NCBI GenBank assembly: GCA_965207265.1
Contig: OZ242279.1
Location: 6,235,359-6,299,358, forward strand
Length of the DNA stretch: 64,000 bases
Direction: 5' to 3'
Source of the DNA: Vicinamibacterales bacterium
GTDB taxonomy: Bacteria > Acidobacteriota > Vicinamibacteria > Vicinamibacterales > UBA8438
Part shown: positions 48,425-55,901 of the stretch, piece after piece
How the letters are laid out: each line of letters starts with the position of its first letter
Position numbering within the stretch: the first letter of the stretch is position 1
Notes under the pieces: generated by a model
What the model saw: only the letters and a program-made list of their open reading frames with translations
What the model was told of the DNA's origin: nothing
Databases searched by the model: none
Made by a program: the position numbers and the translations under genes

Positions 48425-49035
48425 CTTGGCCAGAGCTCCTTCATCGATTCGCGGAGCGCGGCGCGCCCGCGCGCGAGTCTAGACTTGACCGTACCCACCG
48501 TCACGCCGAGCGAGAAAGCGATCTCCTGGTACCGCATGCCGTGGAACTCCCGGAGCACCAGGGCCGACCGCTGTTCGAACGGCAGCGCGCCGATGGCCGC
48601 CCGCATGCGCGTCGCGAGCTGCCGCCGCTCGAGTCGCACGTCGGCTCCCGGTTGATTGGTGGCCCGCAGCTCGCCGTGGGTGGACGCGTAGTCCTCCAGC
48701 GAAACTTGCGCGTCCCGCCGCCGCCGCGTCCAGGACCGTTGCCGGTTGCGGGCCTGGTTGACGACGATGCGATAGATCCAGGTCCTGAGAGTCGCGTCTC
48801 CGCGGAACCTCGCCAGGGTCCGGAACACGCGCAGGAAGACCTCCTGCGAGACGTCGAGCGCCTCCTCGCGGTCCCCCAGCAGGGCGAGGGCGAGCTGGAA
48901 CACCATCGCCTGGTGCGTTTCGACCAGCCGGCGGCACGCCTCCTCGTCCCCTTCGACGCACCGATCGATCAGGGAGGTGTCAGTCGCCGGGAGCGCCGAC
49001 CATTCGACAGCCGATGCAGATCTCAAGAACTCCAC
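48421..49035 (-). CDS. ECF-type RNA polymerase sigma-70 factor
   Basis: Track ORF 48421..49563 trimmed to the GTG at 49035 (alternative TTG at 49026). Region 2 is DVSQEVFLRVFR...TWIYRIVVN. Region 4 is LREFHGMRYQEIAFSLGVTVGTVKSRLARGR. Confidence 0.85.
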   Translation of the reverse strand: MEFLRSASAVEWSALPATDTSLIDRCVEGDEEACRRLVETHQAMVFQLALALLGDREEALDVSQEVFLRVFRTLARFRGDATLRTWIYRIVVNQARNRQRSWTRRRRDAQVSLEDYASTHGELRATNQPGADVRLERRQLATRMRAAIGALPFEQRSALVLREFHGMRYQEIAFSLGVTVGTVKSRLARGRAALRESMKELWPR

Positions 49036-49149
49036 CAGAGGCCGCGTTCGCGGCCCTCGCCGTCCCGCCAAGGTTCGCGTACCACCGTCCCGTATGCAAG
49101 GGCAGCGACCCTGCGGTCGCCGGACGATCGCTCCCGAGCCCCTGTACGC

Positions 49150-49177
49150 TTGGACACCGGCGGCGTCCGAAAGTTCC
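49150..49177 (-). promoter_or_regulatory. Possible ECF-type autoregulated promoter (GGAAC-N17-GTCCAA)
   Basis: The minus strand reads cagGGAACtttcggacgccgccggtGTCCAAgcg, about 110 nt upstream of the sigma factor start. The assignment rests on motif resemblance only. Confidence 0.25.
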
Positions 49178-49225
49178 CTGATTCCTGCTACGATCCGCTC
49201 GGTCGCCGATAGCGTGGCCTGCCCA

Positions 49226-50554
49226 ATGCTGAACGGCCTCTTCGTCTCGGTCGCCCTCGCCTCCGTCCTCCTGGCTGCGGCCACCGGCCGGATGGAGGAA
49301 CTCACCGGATCGATCCTCACGTCGGCGCGTAGCGCCGTAGACCTCGCGATCGGGCTCGTCGGCGTGATGGCCTTCTTCCTGGGGTTGATGCGCGTCGCCG
49401 AGAACGGCGGCCTGATGGCCACCATCGCCCGCCTGGTACGTCCCGTCATGCGCCGGCTCTTCCCCGACGTGCCGGACGACAGCCCGGCGATCAGCGCGAT
49501 GATCCTCAACATCGCCGCCAACATGATGGGCCTGGGCAACGCCGCCACGCCGTTCGGCATCAAGGCGATTCAGGAGCTCGACAAGCTGAACAGCCGGCCG
49601 GGCACGGCCACCAACGCGATGGCGCTGTTTCTCGCCATCAACACGGCCGGACTGGCCGTGCTGCCCAGCGGCATGATCGGCGTGCGGGCCTCTCTCGGAT
49701 CCGAGGATGCGGCCGGCATCTTCTTCCCGACCTGGTTCGCCAGTGGATCGGCAACGATCGTCGGCATCACCGCCGCCATTCTGCTGTCGCGGGCCGGCGG
49801 CTACCGCCGTACGGCGCCGCCGCCTGTCGAGGCCGCGACGACGCGGGCGCCGGAGCCCGCAGGAACGCAGGAAACGCCGGTCCCCGACGGCGCGGCGGCC
49901 GGACCGGAAGCGGCCCCGGAGCCTTCTCCGAGGCGGGTCTGGGTTGCCAGGGCATTCTGGATCGGCCTGCTGGCGCTGGCTCTCCGTGACTTCGTCGCCC
50001 GGCTGGCTACGGAACCCGCGCTGGACGCGTTCCGCGGCATGACCTCGTTCTGGATGCTGCCGGCCCTGGTTTCGGGCCTTGTCCTGTATGGCTGGGTCCG
50101 CCGCGTCCGCGTCTACGATTCCGTGGTCGAAGGAGCGAAGCAGGGCTTCGACGTCGCCCTGCGCATCATTCCTTTCCTGGTCGCGATTCTCGTGGCGATC
50201 GGCATGTTCCGCGCCGCCGGCGGCATCGACGCGCTCGTGACCGTGCTGGGACCGGTTACCGCCCTCATCGGCATGCCCGCCGAGGTGTTGCCGATAGCCG
50301 TGCTCCGCCCCCTGTCCGGCTCCGGCTCGCTGGGCGTGGCGGCGGAAACGCTGCAGACCTACGGTCCCGACTCGCTGATCGGGTATCTGGCCAGCACCGT
50401 CTACGGCAGCACGGAGACCACCTTCTACACGCTGGCGGTGTACTTCGGCGCGGTCGGCGTGCGGAACACCCGCCACACCCTGCCGTCCTGCCTGCTGGCC
50501 GACGTCGCCGGGATTCTCGCGGCGACGTTCATCGTGAACCTGCTGTTCGGCTGA
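49226..50554 (+). CDS. Nucleoside recognition domain membrane protein (fused SpmA/SpmB-like)
   Basis: Track ORF 48977..50554 trimmed to MLNGLFVSVALAS. MILNIAANMMGLGNAATPFGIKAI is SpmA-like. A second Gate-like domain follows a Pro/Ala linker. Confidence 0.75.
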   Translation: MLNGLFVSVALASVLLAAATGRMEELTGSILTSARSAVDLAIGLVGVMAFFLGLMRVAENGGLMATIARLVRPVMRRLFPDVPDDSPAISAMILNIAANMMGLGNAATPFGIKAIQELDKLNSRPGTATNAMALFLAINTAGLAVLPSGMIGVRASLGSEDAAGIFFPTWFASGSATIVGITAAILLSRAGGYRRTAPPPVEAATTRAPEPAGTQETPVPDGAAAGPEAAPEPSPRRVWVARAFWIGLLALALRDFVARLATEPALDAFRGMTSFWMLPALVSGLVLYGWVRRVRVYDSVVEGAKQGFDVALRIIPFLVAILVAIGMFRAAGGIDALVTVLGPVTALIGMPAEVLPIAVLRPLSGSGSLGVAAETLQTYGPDSLIGYLASTVYGSTETTFYTLAVYFGAVGVRNTRHTLPSCLLADVAGILAATFIVNLLFG

Positions 50555-50565
50555 CCGATGAGGGA

Positions 50566-51000
50566 TCAGGGGTCGAACGGAATGGCGTCGAGCGTCTCTT
50601 CGTCTTCCGGGAGCACCGTCTCTCCCGCCGGCAGGCGGTTGCCGCGCAGGATGTGCGCGACGATCTCGGCAGTCTGGGCGGCAGTCAAGGTTCCCGGCGC
50701 ATCCTGAGGCATCGTCTCCCGGATGTATCCGAACATCTCGCCCAGCGAGCGGCCTCGCCAGGCGTTCCGGAAATTGTGATCGCCGAGCAGGGCCGCCATC
50801 TCCGGAACGAACTGCCGGATCGCGCCGTGACACACGGCGCACTGGTCGTCGTACAGGACCTCGCCGCGGTCGGCCTGCCCGGTCGTGTAGACGCCGTCCC
50901 GCACGGATGGCGCCGACGGCTCCTGCGCGGCAGAAAGAGCGGCGGCCCCCACCGCCAGGGTGAGGGCCGCCGCGCCGCAAACATTGAAGAAAACGCGCAT
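50566..51000 (-). CDS. Periplasmic c-type cytochrome
   Basis: 144 aa with a signal peptide and one heme-binding CAVCH motif. Confidence 0.8.
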   Translation of the reverse strand: MRVFFNVCGAAALTLAVGAAALSAAQEPSAPSVRDGVYTTGQADRGEVLYDDQCAVCHGAIRQFVPEMAALLGDHNFRNAWRGRSLGEMFGYIRETMPQDAPGTLTAAQTAEIVAHILRGNRLPAGETVLPEDEETLDAIPFDP

Positions 51001-51010
51001 GCCGTTGCGG

Positions 51011-52039
51011 CTACTGATCCAGGATCAGCGTGGCGTTGCGCTTCGGCACCTGGCCGCCGGTCTGGATCTCGGCGATCTTCTCGACCGTCTCGATCTCGAC
51101 CACCGCGACGCTGTTGTTCCCCGACAGCGAGATGTAGGCGTACTTGCTGTCCGGGGTGATGGTGACCCAGTTCGGCGAGTGGCCCACGCGGACGCCGCCG
51201 ACCAGCTCCAGGTCCGGCACCGTGTAGACGTAGACGCTGCTGTTCAGGCTGCTGTTGGCGACGATGTACTTGTTGTCGGGGGTCACGCCGATGCCGTGCG
51301 CGGTGTTGCCGCCGTGGCCGGGCGTCCGCTCGTCGGGCGGCACCTCGGGATACTCGATCCGGCGAACTTCCTTGCGCGTGTCGAAGTCCACGACGCCGAA
51401 GCCGTTGAAGTTCGAGAGCTGCGCATAGATGTGGCGGGTCGAGCCGTCCGCGTTCACGTCGAAGGTCATCGGGCGGATGCCGAGATCGAAGTAGGTGGTC
51501 CACACCGGCCGGTCGGTCGCCGTATCCACGACGGTGATGTTGCGCCCGCCGACCATGCCGGCGATGGCGTACTTGCCGTCCGGCGTGACGTAGGTGTTGT
51601 GCACCCCGCCATGGACGGAGATAACCGCGACGATCTCGTTCGACTCGGTGTCGAGCACGTCGAGCGCGCCGGGGGCCTGTGCGATGGCCGTGTAGACCTT
51701 CTTGCCGTCCGGCGTGACCGCGATGTTGTTGGGCCGCCCGCTGAGCGGAACCTTCTTGATCACCTTCAGCGCCGCAACGTCGACGATGTCGATCGTGTCG
51801 TCGGACTCGTTGGCCACGTACAGCCACTTGCCGTCGGGCGACGGCGCCGCGCCGTGCGCCCGCTCGATGCCGTCGACCACGCCGACCACCTCGTTGGTGA
51901 CCGGATCGATGAAGTGCACGTTGTCGCCGGCGCTGTTCGTCTGGACGATCCGCACGGTGCCCTGCGCTGCCGCGGTCAGGGGCAGGAGGAGAATCGCCGC
52001 CGCCGCCAGATAACAGATTGCCCGGTGTTTCATCGCCAT
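51011..52039 (-). CDS. YVTN-family beta-propeller repeat protein (secreted)
   Basis: 342 aa with a signal peptide. The repeats are P.G...YV.N.....V.V.D type (SPDGKWLYVANESDDTIDIVD, TPDGKKVYTA, TPDNKYIVANS, TPDSKYAYISL). The start may be the second ATG at 52033. Confidence 0.8.
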   Translation of the reverse strand: MAMKHRAICYLAAAAILLLPLTAAAQGTVRIVQTNSAGDNVHFIDPVTNEVVGVVDGIERAHGAAPSPDGKWLYVANESDDTIDIVDVAALKVIKKVPLSGRPNNIAVTPDGKKVYTAIAQAPGALDVLDTESNEIVAVISVHGGVHNTYVTPDGKYAIAGMVGGRNITVVDTATDRPVWTTYFDLGIRPMTFDVNADGSTRHIYAQLSNFNGFGVVDFDTRKEVRRIEYPEVPPDERTPGHGGNTAHGIGVTPDNKYIVANSSLNSSVYVYTVPDLELVGGVRVGHSPNWVTITPDSKYAYISLSGNNSVAVVEIETVEKIAEIQTGGQVPKRNATLILDQ

Positions 52040-52080
52040 CCTTCAAGCTCCTCTGTTGTGAGACCCTGCTTTCGCTCGGT

Positions 52081-52494
52081 CTACTGTCCGGCCGTCTCGC
52101 CGTTCACCCAGGCCGCCAGGGTCTGGAACCACGGGTCTTCCTGCGAGGTGAACTGCCGCCCGCCGTTGTGGAACTCGTCGCCGCCCGCGTCCGGCTCCAG
52201 CGGGTGCATCAGCAACCGGCTGGCCTGCGGGTCGCCCGGCACGACGAGTCGGGAAACCGCCTCGAAGTTGGCCCGCGACTGCTCCTCGTCCCACTCCGTG
52301 GCGCCCCGCTCCATCTCCTCCAGGAAACCGACGCGTCCGCCCTCGGCGTGGCAGACGACGCAGCGGGTGAAACCCGACTTGCGTTCCAGAAAGATCGGCT
52401 GGACCTGGCTCCGGAAGAACTCGAAATCCAACTCCACTGTCGCCTCGGCCGGTTGCTGCCCCAGCAGCGCCGTAAAGGCCAGGATCATGATCAC
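52081..52494 (-). CDS. Small secreted CxxCH protein (planctomycete-cytochrome-C/PSCyt1-like)
   Basis: Track ORF 52081..52881 trimmed to the GTG at 52494, 7 nt after AGGAAGGAGGA. It has a short signal (IMILAFTALLGQQPAEA). FFRSQVQPIFLERKSGFTRCVVCH resembles the PSCyt1 motif. Confidence 0.6.
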   Translation of the reverse strand: MIMILAFTALLGQQPAEATVELDFEFFRSQVQPIFLERKSGFTRCVVCHAEGGRVGFLEEMERGATEWDEEQSRANFEAVSRLVVPGDPQASRLLMHPLEPDAGGDEFHNGGRQFTSQEDPWFQTLAAWVNGETAGQ

Positions 52495-52522
52495 GGCGAG
52501 TCCTCCTTCCTTGTCACGCGGC

Positions 52523-52546
52523 CAGGGTGCGCACGTGCGCACCCTG
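52523..52546. promoter_or_regulatory. Perfect 24-bp palindrome CAGGGTGCGCACGTGCGCACCCTG (candidate operator)
   Basis: The sequence is self-complementary over all 24 nt, centred on CACGTG. It lies 29 nt upstream of the PSCyt-like gene start, in the divergent intergenic region. Confidence 0.6.
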
Positions 52547-52661
52547 ACCCGATCGACTCGTTCAGCGATATTACCATCGCAGGAGCACCTCGGAACGGAT
52601 GGAAATCGCATCGATAGCGGCGCGCCGCGCTTCCCCGGTCCGGTGACGCTCTCGGAACGGG

Positions 52662-52683
52662 TAGAATCGCCTGATATCAGGCG
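52662..52683 (+). promoter_or_regulatory. -10 box TAGAAT abutting a perfect 16-bp palindrome CGCCTGATATCAGGCG (candidate promoter plus operator of the Mo-enzyme gene)
   Basis: TAGAAT is at 52662-52667 and the palindrome at 52668-52683. AGGAGG at 52693-52698 and the ATG at 52707 follow. Confidence 0.45.
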
Positions 52684-52706
52684 CGACCGATCCAGGAGGT
52701 GCAGCG

Positions 52707-53429
52707 ATGACACTCTCGCGACGCAAGGCGCTTTCCATTTCCGGCTCCACCCTCGCCGGACTTTCCCTCGGTGTCGTCGGGCCCGGACGTCCCGGTGCGG
52801 TCCAGGCCCAGGAGACGCAGGACTGGCCGGACCGGCTCGTCGAGCGGCCGCTCCGCGAGGGTTTCCCGGCCCCGCTGCCACTGAATCCCGACGGGTCGGC
52901 CCCCGACCATCCGGAGAGCGCGGCCGGAGCGATCACCGACCCGCTGATGTGGCGCACGGCGGGCCGGCGGACACCGGAGATCGAGTTCGACTACCGGCGG
53001 ATGGCGATCCGGGTCGATACGCGCGGCATGGCGCGGCTGTCCGGCACGCTGCGCTTCTCGGACCTGGAGCAGCTTCCGGTCGTGTCCGGCACCTGGCTGC
53101 TGCAGTGCGGCGCGCCGAATCCGCGCGGCATCGTCAAGTGGACCGGCGTCCGCTTCAGCGACTTCGCCGACATGTTGGGCGTGATCCCCGAGGTGCACTA
53201 CTGCCGCTTCGTCGGTTCCGACCGCTTCTACGCGGACGAGCCGATGACGACGCTGCGGCAACCGCAGGTAATCCTCGCGTGGCTGATGAACGACGAGCCG
53301 ATCCCGCCGCGGCACGGGGCTCCGCTGCGGTTGATCGTTCCCTTCCGCTACGGGAACCGGAGCGTGAAGGCGATCACCGAGATGACCTTCAGCACGCCGG
53401 GGCCGCGGATGCCGCCGTTGCCGGGCTAG
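52707..53429 (+). CDS. Molybdopterin-dependent oxidoreductase (sulfite-oxidase fold, catalytic domain only), TAT-exported
   Basis: 240 aa with the twin-arginine signal MTLSRRKALSISGSTLAG. WTGVRFSDF...GAPLRLIVPFRYGNRSVKAI is typical of the Oxidored_molyb domain (YedY/SUOX-like). Confidence 0.75.
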   Translation: MTLSRRKALSISGSTLAGLSLGVVGPGRPGAVQAQETQDWPDRLVERPLREGFPAPLPLNPDGSAPDHPESAAGAITDPLMWRTAGRRTPEIEFDYRRMAIRVDTRGMARLSGTLRFSDLEQLPVVSGTWLLQCGAPNPRGIVKWTGVRFSDFADMLGVIPEVHYCRFVGSDRFYADEPMTTLRQPQVILAWLMNDEPIPPRHGAPLRLIVPFRYGNRSVKAITEMTFSTPGPRMPPLPG

Positions 53430-54634
53430 TCGCTCACGCGCGTGAACTTCTGGTTCCGCCGCCCGCCGACCGTCTCGGCGGCGTACAGGTCGCCTTGTGA
53501 ATCGATCACGATGGTGTGGGGAAAGGTGAACTCCCCCGCCATATGCCCGGATCCGCCGATGCTGCCGACGATGTCGCCGCTCTCCCGCTCCAGGATCCAG
53601 ATGCGGTTGCTGCCGAGGTCCACGACGAACAGGTGCCGCTGCTCGGGGTCGCGCGAGAGCTCGATGTCGGTGGCCCGCAGCGTCGCCTCGCCGTACGCGG
53701 CGGGGTCGACCGGGATGATGCGCTGCAGGTTGCCCTCCCGATCGAACACCTGGATGCGGTTCTGGCCACGGTCGCAGGCATAGACGAGACCGTCGTTGCC
53801 GAGCACGACGCAGTGCGGGTGTCCCCCGCCGCCCTCGACGAACTGCCCCTCGCCGCTCCCGGCCGAGCCCCACTGGCGCAGATAGTTGCCCTCGCGGTCG
53901 AAGACCACGATGCGGTGGTTGCCGTAGCCGTCCGCGATGTACACCGAGCCGCGCTCGCCGGTCACCGGATCCGGGTTCGGATCGACCGCGATGTCGGCCG
54001 GGGCGTTGAGCAGGGTCCGGCTGCTGTTGAACCCCGGCTCGCCGCAGGTCGGATGGGGAGCGTTCGGGTTCAGCGTGGGCGGGCCGTCGCAGACCCCCTT
54101 GGTGCCGATCTGCAACAGCATCTCCGATCCATTGTGCGTCCATTTCTGGACCACGCCGTCGGAGTTGCCGGCGATCCAGATGTTGTCCATCTCGTCCACG
54201 AAGCAGCCGTGGATCCCGTGCGGCAGCACTGCGGCCGCGCCGTCCTCGGTGAGCGTCGGATCGCCCCAGCTCGCGGCGACGTTTCCGGCCCTGTCGTAGA
54301 GAATCACCGGCGGCGACGGGATCGACTGCGAGCCCTCCTGCGGCAGCAACCCGTTGGGCAGGAAGCCCCGGTTGACGGTGACGACGCGGTCGTGCGAGTC
54401 GATGCAGCTCGCACCCACCATCCCGGTCACCCACTGCCGCTCCAGGCCGTCGTCGTCCGTCATGGTCGGCAGCGGCTTGGGCCAGAACGGGTCGACCCGA
54501 TACGCGGGGGCCTGCCCCGCGTCCTGGGCCGCGGGCAGCGCCATCCAGAGCGCGCCGCCGAGCAGCGCCGCGAGCAGCACGGCCGCGCGAGTACGCCGTC
54601 CGCCGAACAGTGCGCCGGCAGGTCGTTGCTTCAT
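53426..54634 (-). CDS. NHL-repeat six-bladed beta-propeller protein (secreted)
   Basis: 402 aa with a signal peptide. NHL-like repeats include VYIADGYGNHRIVVFDREGNYLRQWG, VYACDRGQNRIQVFDREGN and LFVVDLGSNRIWIL. Confidence 0.8.
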   Translation of the reverse strand: MKQRPAGALFGGRRTRAAVLLAALLGGALWMALPAAQDAGQAPAYRVDPFWPKPLPTMTDDDGLERQWVTGMVGASCIDSHDRVVTVNRGFLPNGLLPQEGSQSIPSPPVILYDRAGNVAASWGDPTLTEDGAAAVLPHGIHGCFVDEMDNIWIAGNSDGVVQKWTHNGSEMLLQIGTKGVCDGPPTLNPNAPHPTCGEPGFNSSRTLLNAPADIAVDPNPDPVTGERGSVYIADGYGNHRIVVFDREGNYLRQWGSAGSGEGQFVEGGGGHPHCVVLGNDGLVYACDRGQNRIQVFDREGNLQRIIPVDPAAYGEATLRATDIELSRDPEQRHLFVVDLGSNRIWILERESGDIVGSIGGSGHMAGEFTFPHTIVIDSQGDLYAAETVGGRRNQKFTRVSD

Positions 54635-54838
54635 GGTTCCTCCTTATATCACCTGCACGGGAGTGCCGCGAGCACGATCCGCACTCCGCGCCGGCGCACC
54701 CTGGAAAGCGACCACCGTCTCCGGGCTGCTAGAGTAGGGCACGCGCGCGACCTCTCGGTCGCGTTGGGAGTTTCGCTGGGGCGAAACTCCTGTGAAGCCA
54801 GCCTTCAGGAGTCGGAAACACGAGATGAGGAGGTTTCG

Positions 54839-55711
54839 ATGAGCACGACATACGCGACACGTGGCACCAGCTCGCGGCGAGCACGTTGGATCGCCGGGGC
54901 GACCGTCGCCGGACTGGCGCTCGCCGGCGGACTCGCCGTCGAGGACGTCCAGGCCCAGGAGCGGACGCGGATCAACAAGGTGATCGAGGCGATCGAGCAG
55001 GGGCGGCCCGCCATCGCCAACCAGGACTGGCGCTTCGTCGACATGGAGCACTCGCCCTTCTCGGCCGGGGGGATCGTGGATGCCTTCGCCGAGGCGGATC
55101 AGGACCGCGACGAGCAGGGCCGCATGCGGCTGACGCCGATGGTGCGCATCCCGCAGGAGGGCGACGAGGACTTCAAGTGGGCCGTCAAGCAGGTCCTCGA
55201 CCTCGGCGGCCTCGGCGTCATCGTCCCGCACGTCGACACCGGCGAGGAGGCCGTGCGGCTCGTCCAGGCGGCGCGCTACCCGCCGGCGCGCGATGACGCA
55301 CAGCCCGAGCCGCGCGGCGAGCGGGGCTGGGGACCCGGTAGAGCCACCCGCCTGTGGGGCGTCGACACCGCCGAGTATCACGCGCGCGCCGACGTCTGGC
55401 CGCTCGACCCGGACGGGGAGCTCTTCGTCGTCGCCATGGTCGAATCGGCCGAGGCGGTCGCGAACATCGACGCCATCCTGGCCGCCCCGGTGAGCGCGAT
55501 CATGGTCGTGCCGGGCGACATGAGCATCGACCTCGGGCTCGGACCCGCACCCGGGCCGGAGAACCACCCCGAAGTCGACGCCATGTTCGACAAGGTCCTC
55601 GAAGCCTGCAAGGCGCAGGATCGCGTGATCTGCGGCTGCGGCGACGGCGCCGTCCGGCTGCAGCAGCGCATCGACGAAGGCTGGCAGTTCATCCTGCCGC
55701 TCGGCGGATAG
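54839..55711 (+). CDS. HpcH/HpaI aldolase family protein with N-terminal TAT-like signal
   Basis: This is the sub-ORF of track ORF 53516..55711 starting at MSTTYATRGTSSRRARWIAGATVAGLALAGG, with GAGGAGG upstream. FVDMEHSPF, RIPQ and MVESAEAV are HpcH_HpaI-type motifs. Confidence 0.75.
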   Translation: MSTTYATRGTSSRRARWIAGATVAGLALAGGLAVEDVQAQERTRINKVIEAIEQGRPAIANQDWRFVDMEHSPFSAGGIVDAFAEADQDRDEQGRMRLTPMVRIPQEGDEDFKWAVKQVLDLGGLGVIVPHVDTGEEAVRLVQAARYPPARDDAQPEPRGERGWGPGRATRLWGVDTAEYHARADVWPLDPDGELFVVAMVESAEAVANIDAILAAPVSAIMVVPGDMSIDLGLGPAPGPENHPEVDAMFDKVLEACKAQDRVICGCGDGAVRLQQRIDEGWQFILPLGG

Positions 55712-55727
55712 CGGTAGCGTCAAGAGA

Positions 55728-55767
55728 GCCGGAGGAATTGACACCAATCTCCTCCGGCTTTCTTCTT
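55728..55767 (+). terminator. Intrinsic terminator of the aldolase gene
   Basis: GCCGGAGGA (55728-55736) pairs with TCCTCCGGC (55750-55758), followed by TTTCTTCTT. It lies 17 nt after the TAG stop. Confidence 0.8.
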
Positions 55768-55901
55768 CCCGCTCCGCGAAGACCGCCACCTTCACGGCCC
55801 TGCCGCCGTCGGTCCTGCTACGCTGCCGGTACGACCCTCGACATTAGAGCCACCTTCGGAACACACTGTCCGAACGGCTCCACCCGCCGCGGCGCTGTGT
55901 C

